Below, in pieces: positions 9,528-22,056 of a stretch of 64,000 bases of DNA. The number at the start of each line of letters is the position of its first letter. The first letter of the stretch is position 1. Under the pieces are notes generated by a model. The model ran no database searches. It had not been told where the DNA came from and worked only from the letters and a program-made list of their open reading frames with translations. The stretch is taken from the NCBI GenBank assembly GCA_009377385.1, contig WHUD01000009.1, forward strand, positions 1,345 to 65,344, read 5' to 3'. The stretch comes from Actinophytocola sp. GTDB lineage: Bacteria; Actinomycetota; Actinomycetes; Mycobacteriales; Pseudonocardiaceae. A program made the position numbers and the translations under genes.

Positions 9528-11438
9528 CTACCGGTTGGTCGAGAACAGGTACAGGCCGTCGTCGCGGTCACTGCCCGCCACGATGGTCTCGCCGTCCCTG
9601 GTGAACGCCTCGACGCCCCAGAAGTCGTTGCCTTCCGGCGCGAGGTACTTACCCGTCTCCACCAGCTCACACGTGCTGGTGTCCGCCGGGTCCGTGCACT
9701 GGATCTCCAGCGCCCGCATGCCACCCGAGTAGTACGACAGGTACGCCCGGCTCGAGTCGTTCGGGTCCGTGGCCACCTCGTGCACGCTCAGGTCGCCGAA
9801 GCCACTGGCGAACGCCGGGTCGTGCGCCTCGTCGATGGCGTAGGTGTCCAGGTCCTCGTTCGTTGCCGCGTCGAACAGGTGGACGTAGCCCCACCCGTCG
9901 AACACCGCGTCGACGTCAACCTCGTGGCCGACCTGTCCGAGGGCCGGGTTGGCCTCCGGGTAGGCGTCGGACACGCTGTCGAACAGCTTGTGGAAGGCGT
10001 CGTGCGTGGTGCACACGGCGACCACCGGCTGGGTGAAGGCACCCGAGCCGCAGAACGGCGCGTCCGGGCTTGCCGCCTCGCCAGCGTGGTGGTTGACGAA
10101 CACGACCGCGTCATAACCCGCCGCGATGGCCTGGTCGGCCTTCTGACCCGGGAAGCACGCGCCTTCCGACGCGCTCGGGTCGCCGACCGGACCGCGTTGT
10201 ACGACCGCGATGAGCTCCTCGCCGGGTTCGAGCGACAGTGCAGGCGCCGGCGGGACCGGAGCGGAGTCCGGGCAGGCGTAGCCGACGTACACGGTCGGGC
10301 CGTTGAGACGCCGGTCAGGGAGCTCCGTCACCGACGCGGCGCCGCCAACCGAAACGGACGGGTACGCGCCAGCGTTGTCGCCGGTGGCGATCAGGAACTC
10401 GCCGACAGCGTACGGCGCGAAGTCCTCGTCCGTGCCGATGAAGAACCGGTTGTCGTTGGTGAACTCGGCCTGGTGGCCGTTGCCTTCCGGCGGCAGCGAA
10501 CGGCTCTCGTCCGGGACCTGGGTGTTGGTCGGGTCGGCCAGTTCGGGGTCGATCGCCGCGTACTCGGTGTCACCGAGGAACTGGGCTTCCGCCGGGTTGG
10601 TGACGTCGAGCTGGACGTAGCCGCCGTCCCAGTAGGAGACGAGCATGATCCACCGGCCATTGATCTGCTTGACGACCATGTCGTGGATGAACGAGCTGGT
10701 CAGCCCGATCTCCGGCTGGTCGACGTCGAAGTCGTTCAGGTCGTACTCGGCGATCAGCCGAGGCCGCTTCGGGTTGGTGATGTCGAGGATGTCGACGTCG
10801 GGGAACTCGACGTTGTCGACGATGACCGCGTACGCCTTGGCACCGGCGTCCCAGGCGAACGCGCTGTGGATCTCGTTCGAGTCGGCGAAGCCGCGGTCGC
10901 CGAAGTGGTCGGACAGCTTCTTCGGCTTGTGCGGGTTGCTGACGTCGTAGAGCGAGACGCCGCCCTTGCCCTGCGGCCCGCACTGCTCGTTGTTGGTGAC
11001 CAGCATGGTGCCATTGAAGAACTTGGTGGACACGTTCAGCGCCTGCACGCCCTCGCCGGGGCGGCTGTCCTGCGAGTGCGGGATGAATCCGATCTCGCGT
11101 GGGTTCTCCAGGTCGGCGATGTCCACGACGAAGACCCCGGCATCGGGGTCGGTGGCGCCGCCTGCCTCGGAGTTCGCCGCGCAGGTCGGCTTGCCCCAGT
11201 GCGCCAGGTAGGCGTAGGTGCCGCGCGGATCGATGCCCACGTCGGCGATGATGTCGTCGCCATCAGTCAGGTCGGCTTTGCCGAGCAGTTGCAGGTCGCC
11301 TTCCGAGCCGGTGCCGAGCAGGTGTCCGTCGGGTGTGCCGTGCTGGTCGGGGTGCGCTTGTGCCGCCACCCCGGTGAAGCCCCACGCCACCGCAAGGGTC
11401 GCGGCGACGAGAGCGGTGCTCGCACGTCCTCGTTTCAT
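9528..11438 (-). CDS. Secreted LVIVD-repeat (beta-propeller) protein with inserted PA-like domain
   Basis: Signal peptide; repeated VFVVDIADLENP / VSLYDVSNP / ILDITNPK / VQLDVTNP units; PA-like IAVVQRG...CFPGQKADQAIAAGYDAVVFVN; RBS GAGGAG. Confidence 0.72.
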   Translation of the reverse strand: MKRGRASTALVAATLAVAWGFTGVAAQAHPDQHGTPDGHLLGTGSEGDLQLLGKADLTDGDDIIADVGIDPRGTYAYLAHWGKPTCAANSEAGGATDPDAGVFVVDIADLENPREIGFIPHSQDSRPGEGVQALNVSTKFFNGTMLVTNNEQCGPQGKGGVSLYDVSNPHKPKKLSDHFGDRGFADSNEIHSAFAWDAGAKAYAVIVDNVEFPDVDILDITNPKRPRLIAEYDLNDFDVDQPEIGLTSSFIHDMVVKQINGRWIMLVSYWDGGYVQLDVTNPAEAQFLGDTEYAAIDPELADPTNTQVPDESRSLPPEGNGHQAEFTNDNRFFIGTDEDFAPYAVGEFLIATGDNAGAYPSVSVGGAASVTELPDRRLNGPTVYVGYACPDSAPVPPAPALSLEPGEELIAVVQRGPVGDPSASEGACFPGQKADQAIAAGYDAVVFVNHHAGEAASPDAPFCGSGAFTQPVVAVCTTHDAFHKLFDSVSDAYPEANPALGQVGHEVDVDAVFDGWGYVHLFDAATNEDLDTYAIDEAHDPAFASGFGDLSVHEVATDPNDSSRAYLSYYSGGMRALEIQCTDPADTSTCELVETGKYLAPEGNDFWGVEAFTRDGETIVAGSDRDDGLYLFSTNR

Positions 11439-11612
11439 CGTTTCTCCTCGATGTCACAGATGTCCCCCTCGAGGAGTTTACTCGCTCGATGAGTGACCGA
11501 GGTTACGAATTTTTCACACGTACCGCCGTCGCCGTATCCCGTCTGGCGACGCCCCGATGCCAGACCGCACGCCGTGCAGCGGCGGATATCGTGGGATATC
11601 GAGGTGGTTGCC

Positions 11613-11732
11613 ATGCCCGGCCACGTGGCGCAGCGATCCGCCTCCCCGGTGACGACGGACGACCTGCGGCAGTTCGCCGATGCGTTCAGCGACCTCGCCG
11701 CCCCGGACGTCATGGAGCGGGCGTGGGAGTGA
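11613..11732 (+). pseudogene. VapB-type antitoxin remnant (internally deleted)
   Basis: RBS GAGGTG plus ATG, then only 39 aa ending DLRQFADAFSDLAAPDVMERAW. The D(P)xVMxxAW ending is typical of actinobacterial VapB; GATATC-N4-GATATC lies upstream (11585-11600). Confidence 0.65.
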
Positions 11733-11736
11733 GCGC

Positions 11737-11778
11737 GTGACGACGCACTGGCTGATCGACAAGTCCGCGCTGGACTGA
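11737..11778 (+). pseudogene. VapC PIN-domain toxin remnant (first 13 codons only)
   Basis: GTG ACG ACG CAC TGG CTG ATC GAC AAG TCC GCG CTG GAC TGA = MTTHWLIDKSALD*; WLIDKSAL matches the PIN first beta strand. Confidence 0.65.
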
Positions 11779-11784
11779 CGCCGA

Positions 11785-13449
11785 CTACGGCATCCCTTGC
11801 GCGAGCAGCTCCCTGACGTCGCCGCGCAGCCGGTCGAGGACGTCGTCCGCGTCTTTGGCGTCCGCTGGGCGGACCACCTGGAGGTACGTCTTCAGCTTCG
11901 GCTCCGTCCCTGACGGCCGCACCACCACCCGGACGCCAGCCCCGACGATGCGGAGGACGTCGGCGTCCGGCAGTAGGTCCTCCGCCGTGACGGGCACCCC
12001 GGCCAGCGCACCGGGCGGAGCGGCGCGCAACCGCGCCATGACGGCGCCGATGACGTCGAGGTCGGTCACCCGGATCGACACCTGATCGGTCAGGTGGACG
12101 CCGTGCGCGCGGTCCAGCTCAGACAGCGCGTCGGCGAGCGAGGACCCGGCGGCCTTGCGCGTCGCCGCCAGGTCGGCGGCGAGCACGGCGGCGGCGATGC
12201 CGTCCTTGTCGCGCACCGCGCCGGGATCGACGCACAGCCCGAGCGCCTCCTCGTAGGCGAACACCAGCCGCTCGCCACCAGCCGCACGCGCGAGCCATTT
12301 GAATCCCGTCAGCGTCTCCGTGTACTCCGCGCCGTGCGCCGCCGCGATCGAGCCCAGCACCGACGACGACACGATCGTCGTCGCCACCAGCGGGTCGGGA
12401 TGCGCCGCGCGGTCCAGCGTCGCCAGCACGTACTCGCCAAGCAGCGCGCCGGTCTCGTCGCCGCGCAGCATCCGGAACCGCTCGCCGTCGCGGATGCCGA
12501 CGGCGCACCGGTCGGCGTCAGGGTCGAGCGCGATCGCCATGTCGGCGTTGGCGTCCTCGGCCAGCGTGAGCAGCGGGTCGCACGCGCCGGGCTCCTCCGG
12601 GTTCGGGAACGCCATGCCGCCGAAGTCCGGATCAGGCGCGAACTGCTCCGCCACCACGACGACGCCGGTGAAGCCCGCGCGATGCAACGCGTCCACCGCG
12701 ACCTGGCCGCCGACCCCGTACAGCGGCGTCAGCGCGATGCGGAGGTCGCGCGCGATCCCGCGTGGGAGCGACGCCACCCGGTCGAGGTAGGCCCGCAGCA
12801 CGTCGGGGGACAGCTCTCGCCAGGTGTCCGAGCGGGGCACGGCGAGCGCGGCGGGAGCATCGGCGATGGCGGCCTCGATCGCGGTGTCGGCAGGCGGCAC
12901 GATCTGCGCGCCGCTGTCGTCGTAGAGCTTGTAGCCGTTGTCCGGCGCGGGATTGTGCGACGCCGTGAGCTGGATGCCCGCCACAGCACCCAGCTCCCGC
13001 ACCGCGAAGGCCAGCAGCGGCGTCGGCAGCGCCTCGGCGAACACCCGGACGTCGAACCCCGCCGCGGCGAGCACCCCTGCGGCGTCGGCGGCGAAGACGT
13101 CCGACCCGTGCCTGGCGTCACGTCCGATCACCACGACCCCGCCGGACGACCCGCTCGACTGCAGCCACTTGGCGACGCCGTACGTCGTGCGCACCACGAC
13201 CGCGCGGTTCATGCCGTTCGGGCCAGCGCGCACCGCCCCGCGCAGTCCCGCTGTGCCGAATCGGAGCTGGCCGGCCATCCGGTCGGCAAGGTCGTCCGCG
13301 GCGTGGGCGTCACCGCCGAGCGCGGCGGCAAGCACCGCCTGCAGTTCGTCGCGATCGGACTCGTCGACGTCGTCCGCGATCCAGCGCAGCGCTGCGTCCC
13401 GCGCCTCAGTCCTCATGCCCGATGATTCGGACCTGCCAGCAGTCCTCAT
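11785..13449 (-). CDS. Phospho-sugar mutase (phosphomannomutase/PmmB-like)
   Basis: [14 protein letters not shown] phosphoserine loop, DPDADR metal loop, RPSGTEPK. Alternative ancestral start at 13416. Confidence 0.92.
   Translation of the reverse strand: MRTAGRSESSGMRTEARDAALRWIADDVDESDRDELQAVLAAALGGDAHAADDLADRMAGQLRFGTAGLRGAVRAGPNGMNRAVVVRTTYGVAKWLQSSGSSGGVVVIGRDARHGSDVFAADAAGVLAAAGFDVRVFAEALPTPLLAFAVRELGAVAGIQLTASHNPAPDNGYKLYDDSGAQIVPPADTAIEAAIADAPAALAVPRSDTWRELSPDVLRAYLDRVASLPRGIARDLRIALTPLYGVGGQVAVDALHRAGFTGVVVVAEQFAPDPDFGGMAFPNPEEPGACDPLLTLAEDANADMAIALDPDADRCAVGIRDGERFRMLRGDETGALLGEYVLATLDRAAHPDPLVATTIVSSSVLGSIAAAHGAEYTETLTGFKWLARAAGGERLVFAYEEALGLCVDPGAVRDKDGIAAAVLAADLAATRKAAGSSLADALSELDRAHGVHLTDQVSIRVTDLDVIGAVMARLRAAPPGALAGVPVTAEDLLPDADVLRIVGAGVRVVVRPSGTEPKLKTYLQVVRPADAKDADDVLDRLRGDVRELLAQGMP
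13417..13449 (-). repeat. 33-bp start-codon repeat element, copy 2
   Basis: Minus strand ATGAGGACTGCTGGCAGGTCCGAATCATCGGGC; associated with 16-bp direct repeat TCGGGCATGAGGACTG (13440-13455 and 13407-13422). Confidence 0.9.
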
Positions 13450-14234
13450 GCCCGAGCCATCAAGTCCCGGAGCAGGGCGCCCATGCGCGTCGCAGCCGCC
13501 TGCCCTGCCTCGAGGACCTCCTCGTGGTTGAGCGGCTGGCCGGACAGCCCAGCGGCCAGGTTCGTGACCAGCGACAGCCCGAACACCTCGACGCCGAGCG
13601 CGCGGGCCTGGATCGCCTCGAGCACGGTCGACATCCCCACCAGGTCGGCGCCGAGCGTGCGCAGCATCCTGATCTCGGCTGGCGTCTCGAAGTGCGGCCC
13701 GTACAGCCCGGCGTAGACACCTTCCGCGAGCGAGGGGTCGATCTCCCGCGCGATGCTGCGCAGCCGGGGGGAGTACAGGTCGGTGAGGTCAACGAACGTC
13801 GCGCCGACAAGCGGGGACCGCGCCGTCAGGTTCAGGTGGTCGCTGATCAGCACCGGCTGGCCGACCTGGAAGCCGTCGCGCAGCCCACCGGCGGCATTGG
13901 TCAGCAGCACCGCCTTCGCGCCCGTCGCCGCTGCCGTGCGTACCCCGTGCACAACGGCGTCGACGCCGAGGCCCTCGTAGACGTGGCTCCGGCCGAGCAG
14001 GATCAGCGCACGCTTGTCGCCGACGGACACCGAGCGGGCGGTGCCACCGTGCCCCTCGGCGGCAGGCTTGGCGAATCCGGGCAGCGTGCCGAGGTCGAGC
14101 TCTGCGTCGGGTTCTCCGATCACATCGGCCGCGCTGCGCCAGCCCGAGCCGAGCACAAGCGCGATGTCGTGGCAGTCGAAGCCGGTCTGGCCGGCGATGG
14201 CGGCGGCGGCGTTCGCAGCAAGATCCGCGGTCAC
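13446..14234 (-). CDS. punA: Purine-nucleoside phosphorylase
   Basis: [52 protein letters not shown]. Confidence 0.92.
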   Translation of the reverse strand: MTADLAANAAAAIAGQTGFDCHDIALVLGSGWRSAADVIGEPDAELDLGTLPGFAKPAAEGHGGTARSVSVGDKRALILLGRSHVYEGLGVDAVVHGVRTAAATGAKAVLLTNAAGGLRDGFQVGQPVLISDHLNLTARSPLVGATFVDLTDLYSPRLRSIAREIDPSLAEGVYAGLYGPHFETPAEIRMLRTLGADLVGMSTVLEAIQARALGVEVFGLSLVTNLAAGLSGQPLNHEEVLEAGQAAATRMGALLRDLMARA

Positions 14235-14472
14235 GCCGAAAAGCCTATTGGGTCGGGGGCGGTCAGCGCGATCGCGATCAGCCCCCGCTCATGTTGCGGA
14301 GCACGGTGTAGAACAGCTCAGTCGCCTTCTTGATGTCCTCGCTGACATGCACCTGCCCGCCAGCAGTTGCTTCCTGGTCAGGCCGCCCGGAAAGTAGTTC
14401 TTCCCTATTTGCGGTAATCGTCGACTTATCCCGGTTCGGCTAACGTTTCGATAACGACGTCCGGTGACGCGT

Positions 14473-16206
14473 TCAGCCGATGTCGAAGGTGGGCACGATC
14501 CGATCGAACAGTTCGGTCTTGCCTCGCGACTCCTGCTCGGTCGGCACCGTCACCCGCACCACCCAGAGGCTGGAGCCCGCCCGGCTCATGCGTGCGTACG
14601 TCGTCCGCCCGATGACCTTCGTCGCGGGCTGGCCGCTCGTGCTGGTCGACGGCTCAGGGGATGTCTGCGTCTCGATCGTGCGGTAGGTGGCGTCGAGCGG
14701 GCCGTCCAGCGTGGTGCCCTCCGCGCGGTCGACGAGCACGAAGCCGTCCGCGGGCCAGAACGACCGCAGCCCGTTGATGTAGTCGTCAGCGTCGTTGCGG
14801 GGGAAGAACTCGGGAAAGCGCTCGACGCCGATCATGAGGTGGCCACTTGCGGAGACCCACTGCACCAGCGTGCTCGCGGGCAGCGTGCCCGCTTGCTGCT
14901 GGGTGACGAACTTGGTCCAGCCAGCTGGGGCGTCGATCTGGAACTGACCCGCGTAGTCGCCGTTGAGGACCGTCGCGTTGCCGCGTTGCGTCACCAGCGG
15001 CCCGATCGCCGTCGAGCCGTCGCCGAGTTGCTGCTCGCTGGAAGCAGGCAGCACGTTCGTCCCGGCGAGGGTGCGGGTGAGCGCGAACCCGCCCGCGCCC
15101 GCGACGAGGAACGCGACGACGGTGAGCGCGGCGAACAGGGCCAGCCGCACCGACCGGTGCCGCTCGTGCCGCTGCGCGTCGGCGGCGAACGGCAGCGGGC
15201 CCGGGTCGGCGGCCAGCGGCGCTGTGCCGCCTGTCGACGTCGGCTCCCGCGCCACCTCGGTGTCGGTCGACGCCCCGGCGAGCGCGTTGTCGCGTTCCGC
15301 GTCGGGGTCGGTGTCGAAAAGCGCGGGTTCGAACAGCGGCCTGCCCGGCTGCGGGCGGAGGTCGAACAGGGCGTCGCGCACCTCGGCAAGGTCCGGCCGC
15401 CGTGCCGGATCCTTCGACATCAGGCCGCTGATGAGAGTGGCCAGCGGCCCGGGGGACGGCTCAGGCACATCGCCGTGCACCACCTCGGACGCCGTGGCGA
15501 GCGGATCGCCGTCCGCGTCGTACGGCGGATCGCCCTCCAGCGCGGTGAACAGGGTCGCGCCGAGCCCCCACAGGTCGGCGGCGGGACTGACCTTCTTGCC
15601 CGAGGCGAGTTCCGGCGCCATGTACGCGGGCGAGCCGAGCATCAGCCCGGACTTCGTCAGCGTCATGTCCGAGACGTTGCGAGCGATGCCGAAGTCGGTG
15701 AGCTTGATCCTGCCGTCCCGCGAGACAAGCACGTTGCCCGGCTTGACGTCGCGGTGCGTGATGCCAGCGGCGTGCGCGGCCTCAAGCGCTGCGGCCACGG
15801 CGTCGCCCACCTCGGCGGCCTGCGCCAGGCTGAGTGGGCCGTTGTCGGCGATCAGCCCCGCGAGGCTGCGCGCGGTGAGCAGCTCCATCACCACGAACGG
15901 CTCGCCGTCCTCGCGCACGACGTCGTACAGCGTGATCACGTTCGGGTGAGACAGGGACGCGATGGCGCGGGCCTCTCGCAGCGCCCGCTCCCGCTGCTCC
16001 TCGGCCTGCGACGCGGGGAAGCCCGGTGGCAGCTTGATGCCCTTCACCGCGACCGGGCGGTGCAGGAACTCGTCGTAGCCTGCCCACACGGTGCCCATGG
16101 AGCCCGAACCGAGCTCGTCGCGAAGCCGGTAGCGACCAGCGACGAGGCGGCGTTCGGTGCCTGGCTCGTCGTCGGACTGGTCTCCTGTGGCTGCCACGGG
16201 GGACAT
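14473..16206 (-). CDS. Transmembrane Ser/Thr protein kinase
   Basis: LGSGSMGTV, VAVK, HRDVKPGN, DFGIA, YMAPE, DLWGLG; one TM helix and an extracellular C-terminal domain. Start uncertain (16206-16233). Confidence 0.92.
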   Translation of the reverse strand: MSPVAATGDQSDDEPGTERRLVAGRYRLRDELGSGSMGTVWAGYDEFLHRPVAVKGIKLPPGFPASQAEEQRERALREARAIASLSHPNVITLYDVVREDGEPFVVMELLTARSLAGLIADNGPLSLAQAAEVGDAVAAALEAAHAAGITHRDVKPGNVLVSRDGRIKLTDFGIARNVSDMTLTKSGLMLGSPAYMAPELASGKKVSPAADLWGLGATLFTALEGDPPYDADGDPLATASEVVHGDVPEPSPGPLATLISGLMSKDPARRPDLAEVRDALFDLRPQPGRPLFEPALFDTDPDAERDNALAGASTDTEVAREPTSTGGTAPLAADPGPLPFAADAQRHERHRSVRLALFAALTVVAFLVAGAGGFALTRTLAGTNVLPASSEQQLGDGSTAIGPLVTQRGNATVLNGDYAGQFQIDAPAGWTKFVTQQQAGTLPASTLVQWVSASGHLMIGVERFPEFFPRNDADDYINGLRSFWPADGFVLVDRAEGTTLDGPLDATYRTIETQTSPEPSTSTSGQPATKVIGRTTYARMSRAGSSLWVVRVTVPTEQESRGKTELFDRIVPTFDIG

Positions 16207-16293
16207 TCTCGCCGACGTCGTCCTGCGTGGCATTCCGGCTCGGCGACCAACTTCACATGATCGGCCGCGCCACAGCCCTTAGCATGGCTAGGT

Positions 16294-18164
16294 ATGACAC
16301 AGGTGTCCCAGCCAGAGCGGCTCACGCTCGCCGCGGACTTCGACGACGCGACCCTGAGCCAGTGGCGGGACCGCGTAGCCGGTGTGCTCCGCAAGACCGG
16401 CGCGCTCGGAGCCGACGACGACGTGCCAGCGCCAGAACGTCTGCTCGCGAGCACCACCTACGACGGGATCGAGCTCCTGCCGCTCTACACCGCTGACGAC
16501 GCCGCAGAGCTGCCGTCAGCGGGGTTCCCCGGCCTCGCGCCGTTCGTACGCGGCAACCGGCCGCAGGGCGCGGTCGCCACCGGCTGGGACACCAGGGTCC
16601 GCCACGCCGGTCCCGATGCCGCGGCCACAGCGGACGCCGTCGTCACCGACCTGGAGAACGGCGCGAACTCCGTCTGGCTGCGCCTCGGCGGGAACGCGCT
16701 CCCCGTTAACGCGCTGGCCGACGTCCTCGGTGGGGTGTACGCCGACCTCGCGCCGGTCGTGCTCGACGCGGGCGCGGAGTACGCGGCGGCCGCCGACGCG
16801 CTGCTCGACGTCTTCGCCGCCAAGTCCATCGCGTCAAGCGAGGCCATCGGCAGCATCGGCGCCGACCCGATCGGACTGCACGCGCAGACCGGCCAGCGCC
16901 AGGACATCGAACCGGCGGCGGAGCTGGCCGCGCGAATCGGCGCCAGCCACCCGAAGCTGCGCACCATCGTCGTCGACGCGCTGCATTACCACGACGCTGG
17001 CGGCTCCGACGCCCAGGAACTCGCCGCGTCCATCGCGGCGGGCGTCGCCTACCTGCGGGCGCTCACCGCGCAGGGCCTCGGCGTCGCCGACGCCGCCGCG
17101 CAGATCGAGTTCCGCTACGCCGCCACCGCAGAGCAGTTCCTCACCATCGCCAAGCTGCGCGCCGCCAGGCGGCTATGGGCGCGGGTGTGCGAGGCGTCCG
17201 GAGCCGACGCGGCGCAGCGCCAGCACGTTGTGACGTCCTCGGCGATGCTGAGCACCCGCGACCCGTGGGTGAACATGCTGCGCGGCACGCTCGCCTGCTT
17301 CGGCGCAGCGGCCGGTGGCGCGGACGCCATCACGGTGCAGCCGTTCGACGCCGCGATCGGGCAGTCCGACGCCTTCGCCCGCCGTATCGCCCGCAACACC
17401 AGCTCGATCCTGCTGTCGGAGTCCAAGATCGCGGGCGTGATCGATCCTGCTGGCGGATCGTGGTACGTCGAGACGCTGACCGACGAGCTGGCCAGGACGG
17501 CCTGGCGGGAGTTCCAGGCGATCGAAGCCGCCGGTGGGATCGACGCCGAGCTGGCCTCCGGCGGCATCGCCGCGCGGCTGGCGGCGACCTGGCAGGCGCG
17601 TGAGGCCAGCCTCGCCACCCGCAAGGACCCGCTCACCGGCGTCAGCGAGTTCCCCCACCTCGACGAGGAGCCGATCGAGCGCGCCCCGCTGCCGCAGGAG
17701 GACCGCACCGGCGGGCTGCCGCGCGTGCGCTACCCGCAGGCGTACGAGAAGCTGCGCGACCGCGCCGACGCCCACCTCGCCGAGCACGGGAAGCGCCCCA
17801 AGGTCTGCCTCGCCACGCTCGGCCCGATCGCGGCGCACACCGCGCGGGCGACGTTCGCCGCGAACCTGTTCGCCGCTGGTGGTATCGAGCCGGTCAACCC
17901 CGGCGCCACCGACACGGTCGCCGACGTGCTCGCCGCGTTCGTCGGCAGCCACACCACGGTCGCCTGCCTGTGCGGCACCGACATGGCCTACGCCGAGCAG
18001 GCCGACGAGGTCGCCGCCGCGCTGCGCAAGGCAGGGGCCAAGGCCGTGCTGCTGGCAGGCAAACCGACCGATGCCTACGACGGCGTCACCGGGTTCGTCC
18101 ACAAGGGCTGCGACGTGCTCGACGTACTGGCAACGACGCTGGACACGCTGGGAGTGAGCGACTC

Positions 18165-18168
<4 letters not shown>
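16294..18168 (+). CDS. mutA: Methylmalonyl-CoA mutase small subunit
   Basis: [42 protein letters not shown]; directly upstream of large subunit. Confidence 0.93.
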
Positions 18169-20404
<2,236 letters not shown>

Positions 20405-20405
<1 letters not shown>

Positions 20406-21391
20406 TGGCGCGACGCACCATCGACGTCGCCGCCTACGCCGAGGGGGTGCTCGCGGGCGACAGGGGAGCGCTGTCGCGGGCGATCACCCTGGTCGAATCG
20501 GCGCGCGCCGACCACCGCGAGCAGGCGCAGCGGCTGCTGGTGGAGCTGCTGCCGGAGTCCGGTGGCGCGGCTCGGGTGGGCATCACCGGGGTGCCAGGGG
20601 TTGGCAAGTCGACGTTCATCGAGTCGTTGGGGACCACGCTGACCTCGCAGGGACATCGGGTGGCTGTGCTGGCCGTCGACCCGTCGTCCACCCGGTCGGG
20701 TGGCAGCATTCTCGGCGACAAGACCCGGATGGCGAAGCTGGCCACCGACCCGGACGCCTTCATCCGGCCGTCACCCACATCGGGCACGCTGGGCGGCGTC
20801 GCCCGTGCCACCCGAGAGACCATCGTGCTGATGGAGGCCGCTGGCTACGACGTCGTGCTGGTGGAGACGGTCGGCGTCGGGCAGTCCGAGGTGACCGTGG
20901 CGAACATGGTCGACTGCTTCCTGTTCCTCACACTCGCCCGAACCGGTGACCAGCTCCAGGGCATCAAGAAGGGCGTGCTTGAACTGGCCGACGTCATCGC
21001 GGTGAACAAGGCGGACGGCGAGCACGAGCCGGAGGCGCGCAAGGCCGCGCGGGAGCTGTCCGGCGCGCTGCGGCTGCTGTATGGGCCGGACGCGAGCTGG
21101 ACGCCGCCCGTGCTGACCTGCAGTGGGATGACCGGTGCGGGGCTCGACACGGTGTGGCAGCAGATCGGCAAGCACCGCGACGCCATGGCGGCATCCGGCG
21201 AGCTGGCTGCCAAGCGCAGCAGGCAGCAGGTCGACTGGATGTGGTCGATGGTGCGGGAGCAGCTCTTGTACCGGCTGGAGCAGCACTCCGGTGTACGCGC
21301 CGTAGTCGGCGAGGTCCAGCAGTTGGTGCGCGAGGGTGAGATCACGCCGACCCTCGCGTCGGAGCGCATCCTGGACGCCTTCGGCGAGTAG
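20405..21391 (+). CDS. meaB: Methylmalonyl-CoA mutase-associated GTPase
   Basis: GVPGVGKST, AVDPSS, GDKTRM, ETVGVGQSE, NKAD. Confidence 0.95.
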
Positions 21392-21428
21392 CCTAGGCGC
21401 CTTGCGTGCTGGAATGGTGAGTGAGGCG

Positions 21429-21818
21429 ATGACGAAGTTGCGTGGCGTCGCGCTGACGTTGGTGTTCGGGGGTATCGCCGCAGCGCTGGTGCCCGCGTTC
21501 GGGCTGGCTGGCGCCCCCGAGGTGGCGGTCGTCGGGCAGCCGGTCGCGGCCGTCGCGACGACGGACACCAACGCCGCTAAGTCCAGCGACACCGACGACT
21601 CCGATGAGGGCACCGCTCAGCAGCAGAAGCAGCCCACCACGTCGCCGTCGCGCCCCGCGTCGGGCGAGCAGAAGCCCACCATCAACGAGCGCAAGAAGCA
21701 GGCCAACGACGAGCTGCGGCAGAACAAGCTGGTCGTGGGTGGCGCCGCCGTCGTGCTGCTGGCGATCGTGCTGTGGGGCCGCAAGGTGCGGTCGAAGCGG
21801 CGAAACCCGAGCTCGTAG
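21429..21818 (+). CDS. Hypothetical membrane protein
   Basis: N-terminal signal/TM, low-complexity linker, C-terminal TM followed by basic tail. Confidence 0.7.
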   Translation: MTKLRGVALTLVFGGIAAALVPAFGLAGAPEVAVVGQPVAAVATTDTNAAKSSDTDDSDEGTAQQQKQPTTSPSRPASGEQKPTINERKKQANDELRQNKLVVGGAAVVLLAIVLWGRKVRSKRRNPSS

Positions 21819-22056
21819 CGCTGCTGGTGTGCCCTGCGCGTCGCTGCAGGGCGGCGGGGGACCGGCTCGCTCGCTCGATGAGTTCAGTGATACCGAACTG
21901 TGGGTAACCGCTTGTCGACGGAAGTCGACCGGCCGTCTCTCGACGCCTTACTCCGCTACTCTGAATGGGGAGTGGAGTGCAAGAATGATCACAAATGGCT
22001 ATGAGTTCTTTTCCTCTCGCGATATCGGCTGTCCCTGAGCGAGTCGGGGGTGGCGC

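Noticed and set aside
16207-16293. Cobalamin riboswitch upstream of mutA
   Set aside because: Spacer is under 90 bp and no B12-box consensus is visible.
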